Shown here: positions 1 to 11,664 of the stretch, piece by piece | Position numbering within the stretch: the stretch's first letter is position 1 | Layout: each line of letters opens with the position of its first letter | Assembly: GCA_022010055.1 (NCBI GenBank) | Contig: CP091737.1 | Span: 472,076 to 536,075 of the forward strand | Reading direction: 5' to 3' | Length of the DNA: 64,000 nt | DNA from: Treponema sp. | Lineage (GTDB): Bacteria > Spirochaetota > Spirochaetia > Treponematales > Treponemataceae | Program-made: the position numbers and the translations under genes | Notes under the pieces: model-generated | Told to the model about the DNA's origin: nothing | Seen by the model: only the letters and a program-made list of their open reading frames with translations | Databases searched by the model: none

Positions 1-173
1 GCCACATGTCAAAGATTCTTGCAAAAAAAGGTCAGTGGGTAAGCCAGGGAACAAGAATCGGGCTGGTAGGCTCAACGGGATATTCAACAGGTCCGCACCT
101 TCATTTTACTGTATTTAAGAACGGAAAACTCGTGGATCCGCTTGGTGTTATAAATAGAATCTGGTCATCCTGA
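1..173 (+). CDS. M23 family metallopeptidase, 3' end (partial)
   Basis: Frame from base 3 reads HMSKILAKKGQWVSQGTRIGLVGSTGYSTGPHLHFTVFKNGKLVDP, the M23 GxTGxSTGPHLH motif. Confidence 0.9.
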   Translation, partial: HMSKILAKKGQWVSQGTRIGLVGSTGYSTGPHLHFTVFKNGKLVDPLGVINRIWSS

Positions 174-188
174 AAGAGAGGATATAAT

Positions 189-2429
189 ATGAAGCATAAG
201 ATGAAAAAAACGGATTTCTTTAAAAAGACAATTTTTCTGCTCGGTCTGCTTTATGCAGGTTTTGACTGTTTTGCCGGAATAAAATTCGGCGATGCGGACA
301 TAAATCAAGATGATGAAATTTTATTCACAGTGCGCCAGGAATTTCCGGGCGCGTTTTCATATCGTTCCTTGTTCAAGGCAAAAATAGAAGACGGCGCGGT
401 CAGTGGAACTCCGGTGATGGTTTCATGCTTTCCGGAGCAGATGGAGCTTTTGAGCGGTGGAAAAATCCTTCAGGTAAGAAACCGCTATGGAACTGCATGG
501 ATTGACACGTCTGTAAAATCTGTTGAATGGAAAAAATATTCTCCGGAAATTCCTGTGAATTCTATGCGGCTTTCAAAAGTGAGCGTAAGTCCTGACGGTG
601 AATGGATTTGTTATTCTGAAAAAGACGGATTCGCGACAGGAAAGCTTTTTCTTAAAAATGTAAATTCTTCAAGGAAAATTTGTCTTGATGAAAAGACTTC
701 CTTCAGCTATGAAAATGTTCCTGTAAAATGGGCTTCTGACAGTTCGGTCATGGTGTATGCAAAAAACGGAAATGTGTATTTCTGCAATCCTTCCGCGGTG
801 GCGCGGGGTGTTGAAGTTGACGAAAAATTCCGCATAATCGGACCTGGCACAATTAATTCCGTGAACTGGACTGACGGAAAATTTCTTGTGTATATCGACT
901 CGGATTTAGTCTATAAAATAAGCTCAAAGGAACTTTACACGCTGGGACTCTATTCTGGAATAATCGGGAAAGGCCGGACTGTAGGAAGGCTTCCTTCCCA
1001 GTTCATGGCTTCAAAAGACACGTTCAGTGTGAACAACAGCGTTTCTTCAATGGTTCTTATTCAGAACGGAAAAATCTTTACATATTTTAAAATAAACAGA
1101 AATACCTGCGACTATCTTGATATAGTTTATTCAGGACCTTACGTTGATTTAAGCGCATCTCTGCTGGAAAGTGAGATTATCTGGGATCAGAACGGCTCGC
1201 CTGTTGTTTGGATGCGGATGCTTCCTTACGGCGGTCAAAAAATAAAATCTTCGGTTTATCATCTGGAAAACCGACTTTCAAAATTTCTTGATATTTCGGA
1301 TTCCGGAAAACCTGTGGTTTCTCCAGACGGAAAGTACTGCGCCTTTTATTCAGGTTCTTCGGTTTATATTTATGACACTAAAAACTGGAAGCGGGTGAAC
1401 AGAACTGAAGGTGAGAATGTTGTTTCCCTTTTGTGGGAAAACTCTTCTACTTTGATTATAGGCGGCGAGCGCACCATAAAAAGCTGGAAAATTTCCGGGC
1501 AGGAGCCTGTGGTTCTTGCCGTAAGTTCTGCCGTGAACGGATTCTGGAACAATGGCGAGATAACCGCGGATGCAGGAAACGGAAAATTCTTTGTTTTTGA
1601 TGAAGATAAGAAAACCTGGACAAAAAAAGAGGCGGAAGTTTCAAAGCGTGAAAATGTTGTCCGAAACGGACGTTACCGTCTTTTTTGCGGCGAGACTGTC
1701 AATCCGCTTTTTGAAAACGCTCTTTACATCCGGACTCTTGTTGGAAAGGCTGTCACAAGGCCGGTTTATTCCGAAAGCGTAAAAAAAGTTCCGGAGCGTA
1801 AAAAAATTGCGCTGGTGTTCGATGCGTACGACAATGCGGATGGATTGCCGCGCGTCCTTTACACCTTGAATCGGTATCTTGTTACAGGGACGTTCTTTTT
1901 GAACGGAGAATTTATCCGCCGTTATCCGAATGAAACCAGGCAGATTTCTTTGAGCAGAAACGAATGTGCCTCGATGTTTTTTTCCGCCTCAGTGCTGACA
2001 CAACCGGGATTTCTGCTGGACGAGGACTATGTTCGCCGCGGGCTGGCTAGAAATGAGGATGAATTCAATGCGGTTACAGGAAAGGAGCTTTCTCTTATGT
2101 GGCACGCTCCGTATTATGCCGCTTCTGAAAAAATTATTCAGGACGGAAAAAAAGCAGGCTATGACTATATTGATATAAAGACTCCGGTTTTTGACTCAGT
2201 TACACTTGAGCAGGCTGTTAATGGATGCGGAAAATACCTGTGTCCGGGCGAGCTGATAGAGTCCTACGTGGAAAATCTAAAAGAAGGCGAAAAAGCCGTT
2301 CCTGTTACAATCGGAATTTCCCGCGGAACAAGGGAAAGCTATCTGTACGACAATCTTGACTTGCTTATCAGCGCGATTCTTGATGCCGGCTACGAAATAG
2401 TTCCGCTCCGGTATATTCTGGAAGAATAA
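189..2429 (+). CDS. Exported beta-propeller protein with C-terminal polysaccharide deacetylase (NodB)-like domain
   Basis: Signal peptide; WD40/TolB-like SPDG repeats; C-terminal IALVFD...GTFFLNG...LMWHAPY NodB-like motifs. Confidence 0.75.
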   Translation: MKHKMKKTDFFKKTIFLLGLLYAGFDCFAGIKFGDADINQDDEILFTVRQEFPGAFSYRSLFKAKIEDGAVSGTPVMVSCFPEQMELLSGGKILQVRNRYGTAWIDTSVKSVEWKKYSPEIPVNSMRLSKVSVSPDGEWICYSEKDGFATGKLFLKNVNSSRKICLDEKTSFSYENVPVKWASDSSVMVYAKNGNVYFCNPSAVARGVEVDEKFRIIGPGTINSVNWTDGKFLVYIDSDLVYKISSKELYTLGLYSGIIGKGRTVGRLPSQFMASKDTFSVNNSVSSMVLIQNGKIFTYFKINRNTCDYLDIVYSGPYVDLSASLLESEIIWDQNGSPVVWMRMLPYGGQKIKSSVYHLENRLSKFLDISDSGKPVVSPDGKYCAFYSGSSVYIYDTKNWKRVNRTEGENVVSLLWENSSTLIIGGERTIKSWKISGQEPVVLAVSSAVNGFWNNGEITADAGNGKFFVFDEDKKTWTKKEAEVSKRENVVRNGRYRLFCGETVNPLFENALYIRTLVGKAVTRPVYSESVKKVPERKKIALVFDAYDNADGLPRVLYTLNRYLVTGTFFLNGEFIRRYPNETRQISLSRNECASMFFSASVLTQPGFLLDEDYVRRGLARNEDEFNAVTGKELSLMWHAPYYAASEKIIQDGKKAGYDYIDIKTPVFDSVTLEQAVNGCGKYLCPGELIESYVENLKEGEKAVPVTIGISRGTRESYLYDNLDLLISAILDAGYEIVPLRYILEE

Positions 2430-2850
2430 AGTTGTTTTTTATTTTCTTAGAAAAAAAATTATTCTTTTCAAATGCACATCTTTTTACTTTTAGCTCGCTG
2501 TATAAAGAATCATTTAGATTCTTTAATCCTAATGGCATGAAAGTTTGTCTATCATTGCAGTGTATGATATCAGGTTTGAAAGTTTTTAAGATATAATCTG
2601 CTTGTTCTCGAAACGAGGCGGATACTTATAGAATATTAGTTTCGTATGAGTTTGATTTAAATTTGACATTTGGAATAAATGAATAATCTATCAAATCTGA
2701 AGGTGTTGGAAGTGTTTCTGCTGTTAAATGGAAGTATATGCTTACTACATCACAATAATTTTTAAAGGTGCTTAAAAAATTTTGTGTAAAAGCTCCGAGT
2801 CCTCCATATTTATTGTTAGGATGTTCCGAAGTAACAAATAAAATTTTCAT
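2430..2850 (-). pseudogene. Truncated glycosyltransferase family 4 N-terminal domain
   Basis: MKILFVTSEHP..GGLG start; in-frame TAA at 2626-2628, then the same frame continues VSASFREQADYILKTFKPDIIHCND; no C-terminal GT domain before the neighbouring gene. Confidence 0.75.
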
Positions 2851-2880
2851 AAAAACTTCTTTCTTAAAAATGACTTCTTT

Positions 2881-4037
2881 TTAATTCATTGTTATCCAAA
2901 TATACAGTGAATTTTAGAATGTCATTTGTATCTAAAATTTCTTTTAAAAGATTTAATTTTTCGTAATTTCCTGAAAGTATATCTTTGTATATATCGTCTG
3001 CAAAGAATTCCATTTATGGAATAAATTTTTTGATTTATTTTTATATGCTTGTTTGCTGCAGTTGTATTTTCAAAAATTTTAGAAACAACCAAATCTCCTT
3101 CTGAGTTGAATCTTATTTGTGAAATTCCGCATGTTTTTTTTCTAGAATCAAAATCGTATACACAGAAATTAGAGTTTCTTTTATAATATAAAAAATTTTC
3201 AATGAAATCAAAAATCAGTTCGTAGTTTTTTAGAAAAGATTTTCCAATTAATGCAAAATTTGTGTTATCAAAAGGAGAGCATAAATATCCTAGAGGGGAG
3301 TCCTCTTTTATATCTAAAACATTTAGATTTCTAATTATTAGTGCGCTTTTCTCTATTACTGTGCTGTCATTTTCTAGTATTGAAAAATTAATATATTTTC
3401 TATTATTTTTCAGAGTTTTTGGAAAAGCAATTGTTCCATCAAAACCTGTATCTATTAAAGCTAATAAGTTTGAATTATTAGCTTTTATTTCTATGAAACA
3501 TTTGTTTTCTCTGTATATGATTTTACATTTTGAATAGGTGGATTTATCGAAATTGTTGGAAAAATTCTATTTGATTTTTTTAAACTTGAAATTTTTGAAT
3601 ATTGAATTCTTATTCTTTAGCGCATCCAGACCTAAAATTCCATAGTCTTGTTCATCCAATTTCCATTGTTTTTTTATTTCATTTGGAAATTCTGCTACAA
3701 AGGTACAATCTGAAAAATCCTCATCATTTATTAGAAAGTTTAAAGGTTTGTATGCTATTAAATCATAGTAATTGTTATACAGCCTGTATGATTTATAGTG
3801 TATATAATTGTTAGATTCTGTGATTGATGATGTTGTTAGTGAAAAATCTGCGGCTGTATCGATTGTTAAAATAGTTTTTTTTCCATTTATTATAGCGGAT
3901 GTTTTGCAATAGTCATATAGAGAATTGTTATTTAATGTTACAGAGTAAAATGGAATACTTTTTGCTGCAAAGACATTTGCAAAGCCTAGCTGCGTTGTTA
4001 TAACTAGAAGTAGTTTTTTTATTTTAGAAATTGACAT
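2881..4037 (-). CDS. Exported two-domain retropepsin-like aspartyl protease with C-terminal PDZ-like segment (frameshifted)
   Basis: Domain 1 LTIDTAADF...GILGLDAL; after a frameshift near 3600-3560, domain 2 ALIDTGFDG...ALIGKSFLKNYELIFDF; then PDZ-like LVVSKIFENTTAANKHIKINQKIYSINGI. Confidence 0.7.
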
Positions 4038-4201
4038 CGACTCCGATTCCTAATCCTTTAGGAGTTACAGTTCCTGTTAATGTGGTTGTTCCATTTATTG
4101 GCATATGAACAGTTATGCCTCCATATCCTCCATTTACTTTTATATAATTCATCAATACTTAATTCGGAATATAAACTTTTGTATAGTTCAAATTTCGAGT
4201 T
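4024..4201 (-). pseudogene. Double-glycine-leader (bacteriocin-type signal) peptide, degenerate or frameshifted
   Basis: Reads SELSIDELYK then, removing one A from the A4 run near 4138-4141, VNGG|YGGITVHMPINGTTTLTGTVTPKGLGIGVDVNF*; no intact start codon found. Confidence 0.55.
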
Positions 4202-4331
4202 TCAGATGAATTTACCAAAAAAGGCATTCCTTGTAAAATTTTTAATCACCACAGACAAAACAACAGGGGGAATGTTAGACTGAGAACAGCCTGATTACAT
4301 TATATTGCATAGTGGACGATTTTATCTATAG

Positions 4332-4572
4332 TTTTTTTTGAGCTTCCGCGGGAAAGAAGAACCTTTCGCTGTATTACGGCAGACGCGGGCTTAAGCGCCG
4401 CATGGCGGTAGCCGATGTCGTTATCCTGAACATCGCCCGGATACTCGACCGCACTGGAGACCTGAAGGATACGAACAAGTCCATAGGATTCATAATGGCA
4501 TTTGCTCCACCTCGCTGACGATGCAAAGCAATGGCTTTTGCCGAGCTGTCCTATCGTTAAAAAAAAACTCGA
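4332..4572. repeat. GC-rich palindromic non-coding element with a family A-like right end
   Basis: Several hairpins (gcgggc-ttaa-gcgccgc; gatgt..acatc); ends in aaaaaaactcga as at 43741, 49914 and 57766. Confidence 0.45.
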
Positions 4573-4583
4573 ATTTTGACCTT

Positions 4584-6013
4584 TTATATTTTCAGTGCGA
4601 CTTTTGCGACTTCATCTGCGGCGCAAATCCACCAGTTCGCGCGTTCAGCCGGGCGGTCTGCCACAAGCGGAATTGACTCAAGCAGGTGTCCGTTCAGAAA
4701 ATATTCAATTTTTCCGTATTCGTTTCCGGCTTCAATCTGACCCTTTATAAACTCTGGCAGAACAAGATTTATTTTCACTTCCTCAAGCGCATTTTCCGGG
4801 TTTTCCGCCGCAGAAACAGGAACGCACAAGGCTTTTGGCGCCCATGCAGGCACAATATTCATTCTTTGGACGTTTGCGCAGACCACCGGTATATTGTACG
4901 CGCGCAAAACCAGCGGATTTTCGTAATTCCTGAATGTTTTGAACGCCCATTCCATTATTTCTGTTCCGTCGTGAACTCGTCCCGCCTGGCCTTCGTTCAT
5001 GCTGTTTCCGGGGCCGCCCATTGTTACAGAAAGAATCCTCATGTTTTCACGTTTTGCCGTAAGCGCAAGGTTGTAGCCGCTTTCTTCTATATATCCTGTT
5101 TTCAGGCCGTCGCATCCTTCCAGAATTCCGAGCAGCGGATTTGTGTTTTTCTGGTAAATAGGCATGAAAATATTCTGCGGAATTCCCTGCGAAAAATCCT
5201 GGTAGCGCGTTGAAAGTTTTTTGTCCTCCGGCGCAAGGTTTTCTTCTTTTGGATACTTGAATCCCGGAGCTGCATGGAATTTGCGCAGGGTTTCCGGAAA
5301 ACGCCCGATGTATTTTTGTGCGAACGAAGCCATTTCGCGTGCGGTTGTAGTGTTTTTTTCGCTGTAGCCGCTTGCGTCAAAAAAATGCGTGTTCTTAAGG
5401 TTGAATTCTTCTGCAATCTGGTTTATTTTCTGCACAAAAGAATCAACATCCCCAAAAAGATAAAGCGCAATTGCGTTAGCCGCATCGTTTCCGGAGCATA
5501 CATCCAGCCCGGTTATGATTTCTTCCAGTGTCGCTTTCTGGTTCTTGCCAAGAAACATAAGTGAAGAATGCGGCGGCTGGTTTGCTGCCCAGGTTTCAGG
5601 CGGAAGAGGAACAATGTCTGAAAGGGAAGCGTTTCCTTTTTCAATTTCTTCCATTATCGCATACATTACAAAGAGTTTTGTCATGCTTGCCGGCGGAATG
5701 ATTTCATCCGCGTTTTTTTCGTAAATGACGCAGCCGCTTTCAAAGTTGACTGCGATTGCGGATTTTGCCCAGACGTTAAGCTCCGCAGGTTCTGTATTAT
5801 ACGGAAGCGGATGCAGAAGGTTTGTCCGTTCCGGATAGGCGGCATCCAGCGCAAGGTTTAGAAACATTTTTGAGCAGGTTCAAGTTCGCTCAGCGCCGGC
5901 GCTTTTCGCAGGGTTACCGCGCGCACGCAGACTGTTCCAAAAAACGAAAGAAAAACTGCTCCGGCTGCTGAAATCAATGAGATTTGTATTATTTTTTTTG
6001 TTTTTTTGTTCAT
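4584..6013 (-). CDS. dacA: D-alanyl-D-alanine carboxypeptidase (S11); N-terminus frameshifted
   Basis: SxxK (ASMTK), SGN and KTG motifs; N-terminal anchor read from ATG 6013 across homopolymer indels. Confidence 0.88.
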
Positions 6014-6021
6014 ATTTTGAC

Positions 6022-6172
6022 CTTTGAGGCGTTGTCCGTAAAATACTGAGTCTGCAAGTCAAACTCACGGGGCGCGCGGTGGGTATGCTAAAACCGAAGG
6101 TTTTAGATGTTGCGCCCGGCGAAACTTGCTGAAGCCGAAGGTTTAAGACGCAGGGCGATTGTCCGCCATTTG
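6022..6172. repeat. REP-like palindromic intergenic element
   Basis: ctaaaaccgaaggttttag and aagccgaaggttt mini-hairpins; gccgaaggc also occurs near 54906. Confidence 0.45.
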
Positions 6173-6174
6173 TG

Positions 6175-7269
6175 CTAAATCTTTGCGGTTTTGTTCCTTA
6201 GAAGCATATCTGCCAGAACGATATTTGTCATTGCTTCCACAACCGGCACGATTCTTGGACAAAGGCAAACGTCATGCCGGCCTTTTATTTCCAGCCCGGC
6301 ATTTTCGTAGCGTGCTCCGTTTCTGCTTACAGTTTTTTGCGCCTGAAAAATGCTGGGAACCGGTTTTACCGCAATCCTGAAGATTATCTGGTTTCCGTTG
6401 GAAATACCGCCAAGAATTCCTCCTGCGTTGTTTGTGTCAAAAACAGGTCTTCCGTTTTCCGCGTGCATTTTGTCGTTGTTCTGGCTTCCTGTAAGATCCG
6501 CCGCTGCAAATCCTGCGCCAAATTCAATTCCTTTTACCGCACCGATTGAAAGCATTGCCTTTGCAAGTTCTGCGTCGAGTTTGTCAAAGACTGGTTCACC
6601 AAGTCCTGCCGGACAGCCGTTTATTACGCACTCAACGATTCCGCCCGCGCTGTCGCAGTTTTTGCGCAGTTCTTCTATTTTCTCTTCCATTTTTTTTGCG
6701 GCGTCATTGTCTGGCGCGCGCATGGAGTTCTGGTCGATTTCAGAAAGATTTATTTTTTCAGCTTTTATTCCGGCGGCTTTTAATGTGTAGGCCCTTGCGG
6801 AAATTCCGTAATTTTCAAGAACCTGCGAGGCTACTGCTCCTGCCGCAACCCTGGCGGCTGTTTCCCTTCCGCTGGAACGTCCGCCGCCACGGTAGTCGCG
6901 GAATCCGTATTTCGCGTCGTATGAAAAATCTGCGTGTCCGGGGCGGAATGTGGTTTCAAGGTTTCCGTAGTCTTTTGAGCGCTGGCTTGTGTTTCGTATT
7001 AAAATTGAGATTGGAGTTCCTTCTGTTTTTCCTTCAAATATTCCGCTCAGGATTTCGGCTGTGTCTGGCTCGCTTCGGGCGGTTACTGAAGCTGATTTTA
7101 TTCCGTTGATTGCGGCTCCAGGCCGTCTTTTGTCCAATGCCTGCTGGATTTTCGCGGTGTCGAATGAAAGTCCTGCCGGGCAGCCGTCGATAATAACGCC
7201 CAGCGCTTCTCCATGGCTTTCGCCAAAAGTTGTAACTTTAAAAATTGAACCATAACTATTTCCAGCCAT
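6175..7269 (-). CDS. aroC: Chorismate synthase
   Basis: TTFGESHG, RPGHAD, GGGRSSGRET and GRHD motifs. Confidence 0.97.
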   Translation of the reverse strand: MAGNSYGSIFKVTTFGESHGEALGVIIDGCPAGLSFDTAKIQQALDKRRPGAAINGIKSASVTARSEPDTAEILSGIFEGKTEGTPISILIRNTSQRSKDYGNLETTFRPGHADFSYDAKYGFRDYRGGGRSSGRETAARVAAGAVASQVLENYGISARAYTLKAAGIKAEKINLSEIDQNSMRAPDNDAAKKMEEKIEELRKNCDSAGGIVECVINGCPAGLGEPVFDKLDAELAKAMLSIGAVKGIEFGAGFAAADLTGSQNNDKMHAENGRPVFDTNNAGGILGGISNGNQIIFRIAVKPVPSIFQAQKTVSRNGARYENAGLEIKGRHDVCLCPRIVPVVEAMTNIVLADMLLRNKTAKI

Positions 7270-7452
7270 TTTTGAACCTCTGTCTTATAGGATAATCTTG
7301 AGTTTTCTACAGAAAAAAAAACATGGGCGAAAGCGGATTTTCCCATTATTTATACAAACTCAAAAATTAAGTAAAGATTATCAGATTTATTGAATTTTTT
7401 TACTATAAAAGTGCAATACTTTGGAATAAATAAAATTAACTTGGAGGCTCGT

Positions 7453-8358
7453 ATGGCAAAATTTGGCGGTTCGATGACAGCTTTGGTCACACCCATGCAT
7501 GAAGATGAATCTGTGGATTATGAAGGATTCCGCTCTTTGGTCAAACGCCAGCTTGAAGGTGGAATAGATGGAATTCTTCCTTTGGGAACTACAGCAGAAA
7601 CTCCAACTTTGACAGAAGATGAAGAAGACGAAATTATCAGGATTGCTTTTGAAGAAGTTAGGGCTTTTGAAAAGGCAACTGGTAAAAAAATCAATATTAT
7701 CCTGGGCTCAAGCTCAAACTGTACCAGGGATGCCGTCCGCTATTGTGAACGCGCGAAAAAAGCGGGAGCGGATGCGGCTCTGGTGGTAACTCCATATTAT
7801 AACAAGCCGAGCAATGAAGGAATTTTCAGGCATTTTGAAGCTGTTTCAAAAGTCGGAATTCCAGTCATTGTGTATAATATTCAGGGACGGACCGGAAAAA
7901 ATATTGACACTCCTACGTTGGCGCGCATTGCAAATCTTCCGAACATTGCAGGCGTAAAAGAGGCTAGCGGAAACATCAATCAGATGATGGATGTTATTGC
8001 CCAGGTCAAGTCTGCGCATCCGGATTTTTCAGTTATTTGCGGAGATGACAGTTTGACTCTTCCATTGCTCGCGGCTGGCGGTGATGGAGTTTTCAGCGTT
8101 GTTTCAAATTACACTCCGGAACTTGTGACAAAACTGGTTCATGCGGCGCTGGACGAAGATATGAAAACTGCGCGTACGTTGCATTACAGGCTTCTTCCGT
8201 TCTTTAAGGCCGCCTTTGTGGATGGAAATCCGACTTCCATAAAATATGCGATGAGCATCAAAGGTTTTTGCAAGCCTTGCGTCCGCCTTCCGCTTGTTGA
8301 GGTAACGGATTCTGCGAAGAAGATTATTGAAAATGCATTGAAGGAATGCAATCTGTAG
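7453..8358 (+). CDS. dapA: 4-hydroxy-tetrahydrodipicolinate synthase
   Basis: TALVTP, GTTAE, VTPYYNKP, YNIQGRTG and GVKEAS; GGAGG RBS upstream; adjacent to asd. Confidence 0.93.
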   Translation: MAKFGGSMTALVTPMHEDESVDYEGFRSLVKRQLEGGIDGILPLGTTAETPTLTEDEEDEIIRIAFEEVRAFEKATGKKINIILGSSSNCTRDAVRYCERAKKAGADAALVVTPYYNKPSNEGIFRHFEAVSKVGIPVIVYNIQGRTGKNIDTPTLARIANLPNIAGVKEASGNINQMMDVIAQVKSAHPDFSVICGDDSLTLPLLAAGGDGVFSVVSNYTPELVTKLVHAALDEDMKTARTLHYRLLPFFKAAFVDGNPTSIKYAMSIKGFCKPCVRLPLVEVTDSAKKIIENALKECNL

Positions 8359-8407
8359 ATTATAAAAATGGAATTCATCGCTGGATTCCATTGGAGGAAT
8401 AAAAAAT

Positions 8408-9502
8408 ATGTCAGCAAAGATTAAAGTTGGTGTATTGGGCGCGACAGGAATGGTTGGCCAGCGTTATATAAAGCTTTTGGAAAATCATCCGTGGTTTGAG
8501 GTGACTTACGTTGCGGCAAGTCCGCGTTCCGCGGGAAAAGCGTACAAGGATGCGGTGAAGAACCGTTGGCTTATCGGCGAGAATATTCCTGCCGGTGTCG
8601 CGGATTTGACTGTAGAAGACGCGAATGATGAAAAAAAGGCTCTTGGAAAGTGTCAGTTTGTTTTTTCCGCCCTTGAAATGGGAAAGGAAGAAATAAAGGC
8701 GCTTGAAGCCGCTTACGCTGCGGAAGGAATTCCGGTTGTTTCAAACGCTTCGGCAAATCGCTGGACGGAAGATGTTCCGATGCTTGTGCCGGAAATCAAC
8801 TATTCTCACCTTGATGTGATTGCGGAGCAGAAAAAGCACCACGGCTGGGACAAGGGATTTATCGCAGTAAAGCCGAACTGCTCGCTCCAGACTTACATGA
8901 TGCCGATTCACGCGTTGATTCAGGCCGGCTACCCGGTTAAAAGAATGGTTGTAACAACTTTGCAGGCAACTAGCGGAGCCGGTTATCCGGGAGTTCCTTC
9001 TTTTGACATGATTGACAACATCGTTCCGTTCATTGGCGGCGAGGAAGAAAAAACTGAAAAAGAATGTCTTAAGATTCTTGGAAAAGTCCAGGACGGAAAA
9101 ATCGTAAACGCTGAATATCCGGTTGTTTCTTCTACTTGCACGCGCGTTCCTGTAATCGACGGACACACAGCCTGCGTTTCGCTTGAATTTGCGGACAAAA
9201 AGCCAAGCCTTGAGGAAATTGAAAAAATCTGGACTTCGTACAAGTCTGTTCCTCAGGAGCTGAATCTTCCAAGCGCGCCGGAACATCCGATTGTTGTGCG
9301 CCACGAGGAAAACCGTCCGCAGCCGCGCCGCGACCGCGAGACAGAAAAAGGAATGGCCTGCGTAATCGGACGGCTTCGCCCATGCAATGTGTTCGACATC
9401 AAGTTTGTTTCGCTCAGCCACAACACAAAGCGCGGAGCGGCCCTTGGCGGAATCCTGAACGCGGAGCTGCTCAAGGCAAAGGGATTTTTTGACAATCTGT
9501 AG
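8408..9502 (+). CDS. asd: Aspartate-semialdehyde dehydrogenase
   Basis: GATGMVG, PNC catalytic Cys, SGAG, TRVPVIDGH and HNTKRGAA. Confidence 0.96.
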   Translation: MSAKIKVGVLGATGMVGQRYIKLLENHPWFEVTYVAASPRSAGKAYKDAVKNRWLIGENIPAGVADLTVEDANDEKKALGKCQFVFSALEMGKEEIKALEAAYAAEGIPVVSNASANRWTEDVPMLVPEINYSHLDVIAEQKKHHGWDKGFIAVKPNCSLQTYMMPIHALIQAGYPVKRMVVTTLQATSGAGYPGVPSFDMIDNIVPFIGGEEEKTEKECLKILGKVQDGKIVNAEYPVVSSTCTRVPVIDGHTACVSLEFADKKPSLEEIEKIWTSYKSVPQELNLPSAPEHPIVVRHEENRPQPRRDRETEKGMACVIGRLRPCNVFDIKFVSLSHNTKRGAALGGILNAELLKAKGFFDNL

Positions 9503-9517
9503 AAAAAAATAATTTGG

Positions 9518-9554
9518 AAACGGTGGTTTTTTAGAAAAACCGCCGTTTTTTTTT
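9518..9554 (+). terminator. Intrinsic terminator after asd
   Basis: aaacggtggtttt/aaaaccgccgttt stem followed by a T run. Confidence 0.8.
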
Positions 9555-9558
9555 GAAA

Positions 9559-9644
9559 GGGGATTTTAAGGGGAAAACTTTGTTTGCCCCTTAGGAGAAA
9601 GGGTAGGCCGCAATGAAATGCGGACGTAGGGAAAGGCTTTTCCC
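9559..9644. repeat. Palindromic element family B copy
   Basis: Reverse complement gggaaaagcctttccctacgtccgcatttcattgcggcctaccc matches 33274 and 53608. Confidence 0.75.
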
Positions 9645-9746
9645 AAAAACTTGAAAATTCAGCTTAATTTTAAATTTTTTTGTTGCCTTTTGGGGCGGAT
9701 TTTTATATTTTTGATAGTACAAAATAGAAATTAATTTAAGAGGTAA

Positions 9747-11370
<1,624 letters not shown>

Positions 11371-11379
<9 letters not shown>

Positions 11380-11600
11380 GGCGGTAGAGCCTTAGGATTC
11401 AATCCACTGGGTGTCAGTTTTGCACAGCAAAACTGAAGGCAAAAGAGGAAGAAACTTGCTTTCAAGAGAAATAACTCTTTTGCCAGGATATTAAGGCGGT
11501 AGAGCCCTAAGATTCAATTCACTGGGTGTCAGTTTTGCACAGCAAAACTGAAGGCAAAAGAAGAAAAAAACTGTCTTCAGGAGGAGTAACTCTTTTGCCA
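11371..11600. repeat. Two tandem 115-bp hairpin-rich units starting in the groEL stop region
   Basis: Units 11371-11485 and 11486-11600 both begin ggatattaaggcggtagagcc and contain cagttttgc-aca-gcaaaactg and ggcaaaaga...tcttttgcc. Confidence 0.9.
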
Positions 11601-11612
11601 ATTTTGATGTGC

Positions 11613-11651
11613 AAAAAGCCGGTATTCATTTGCGAATGCCGGTTTTTTTTT
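11613..11651 (+). terminator. Intrinsic terminator after the groEL repeats
   Basis: aaaaagccggtattc...gaatgccggtttttttt. Confidence 0.8.
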
Positions 11652-11664
11652 GTATATTAAATAT

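Noticed and set aside
4573..6024. 12-bp direct repeat attttgaccttt flanking dacA
   Set aside because: Short and AT-rich; no other sign that dacA is mobile.
7270..7452. Lysine riboswitch upstream of dapA-asd
   Set aside because: AT-rich spacer with no recognisable L-box motifs.
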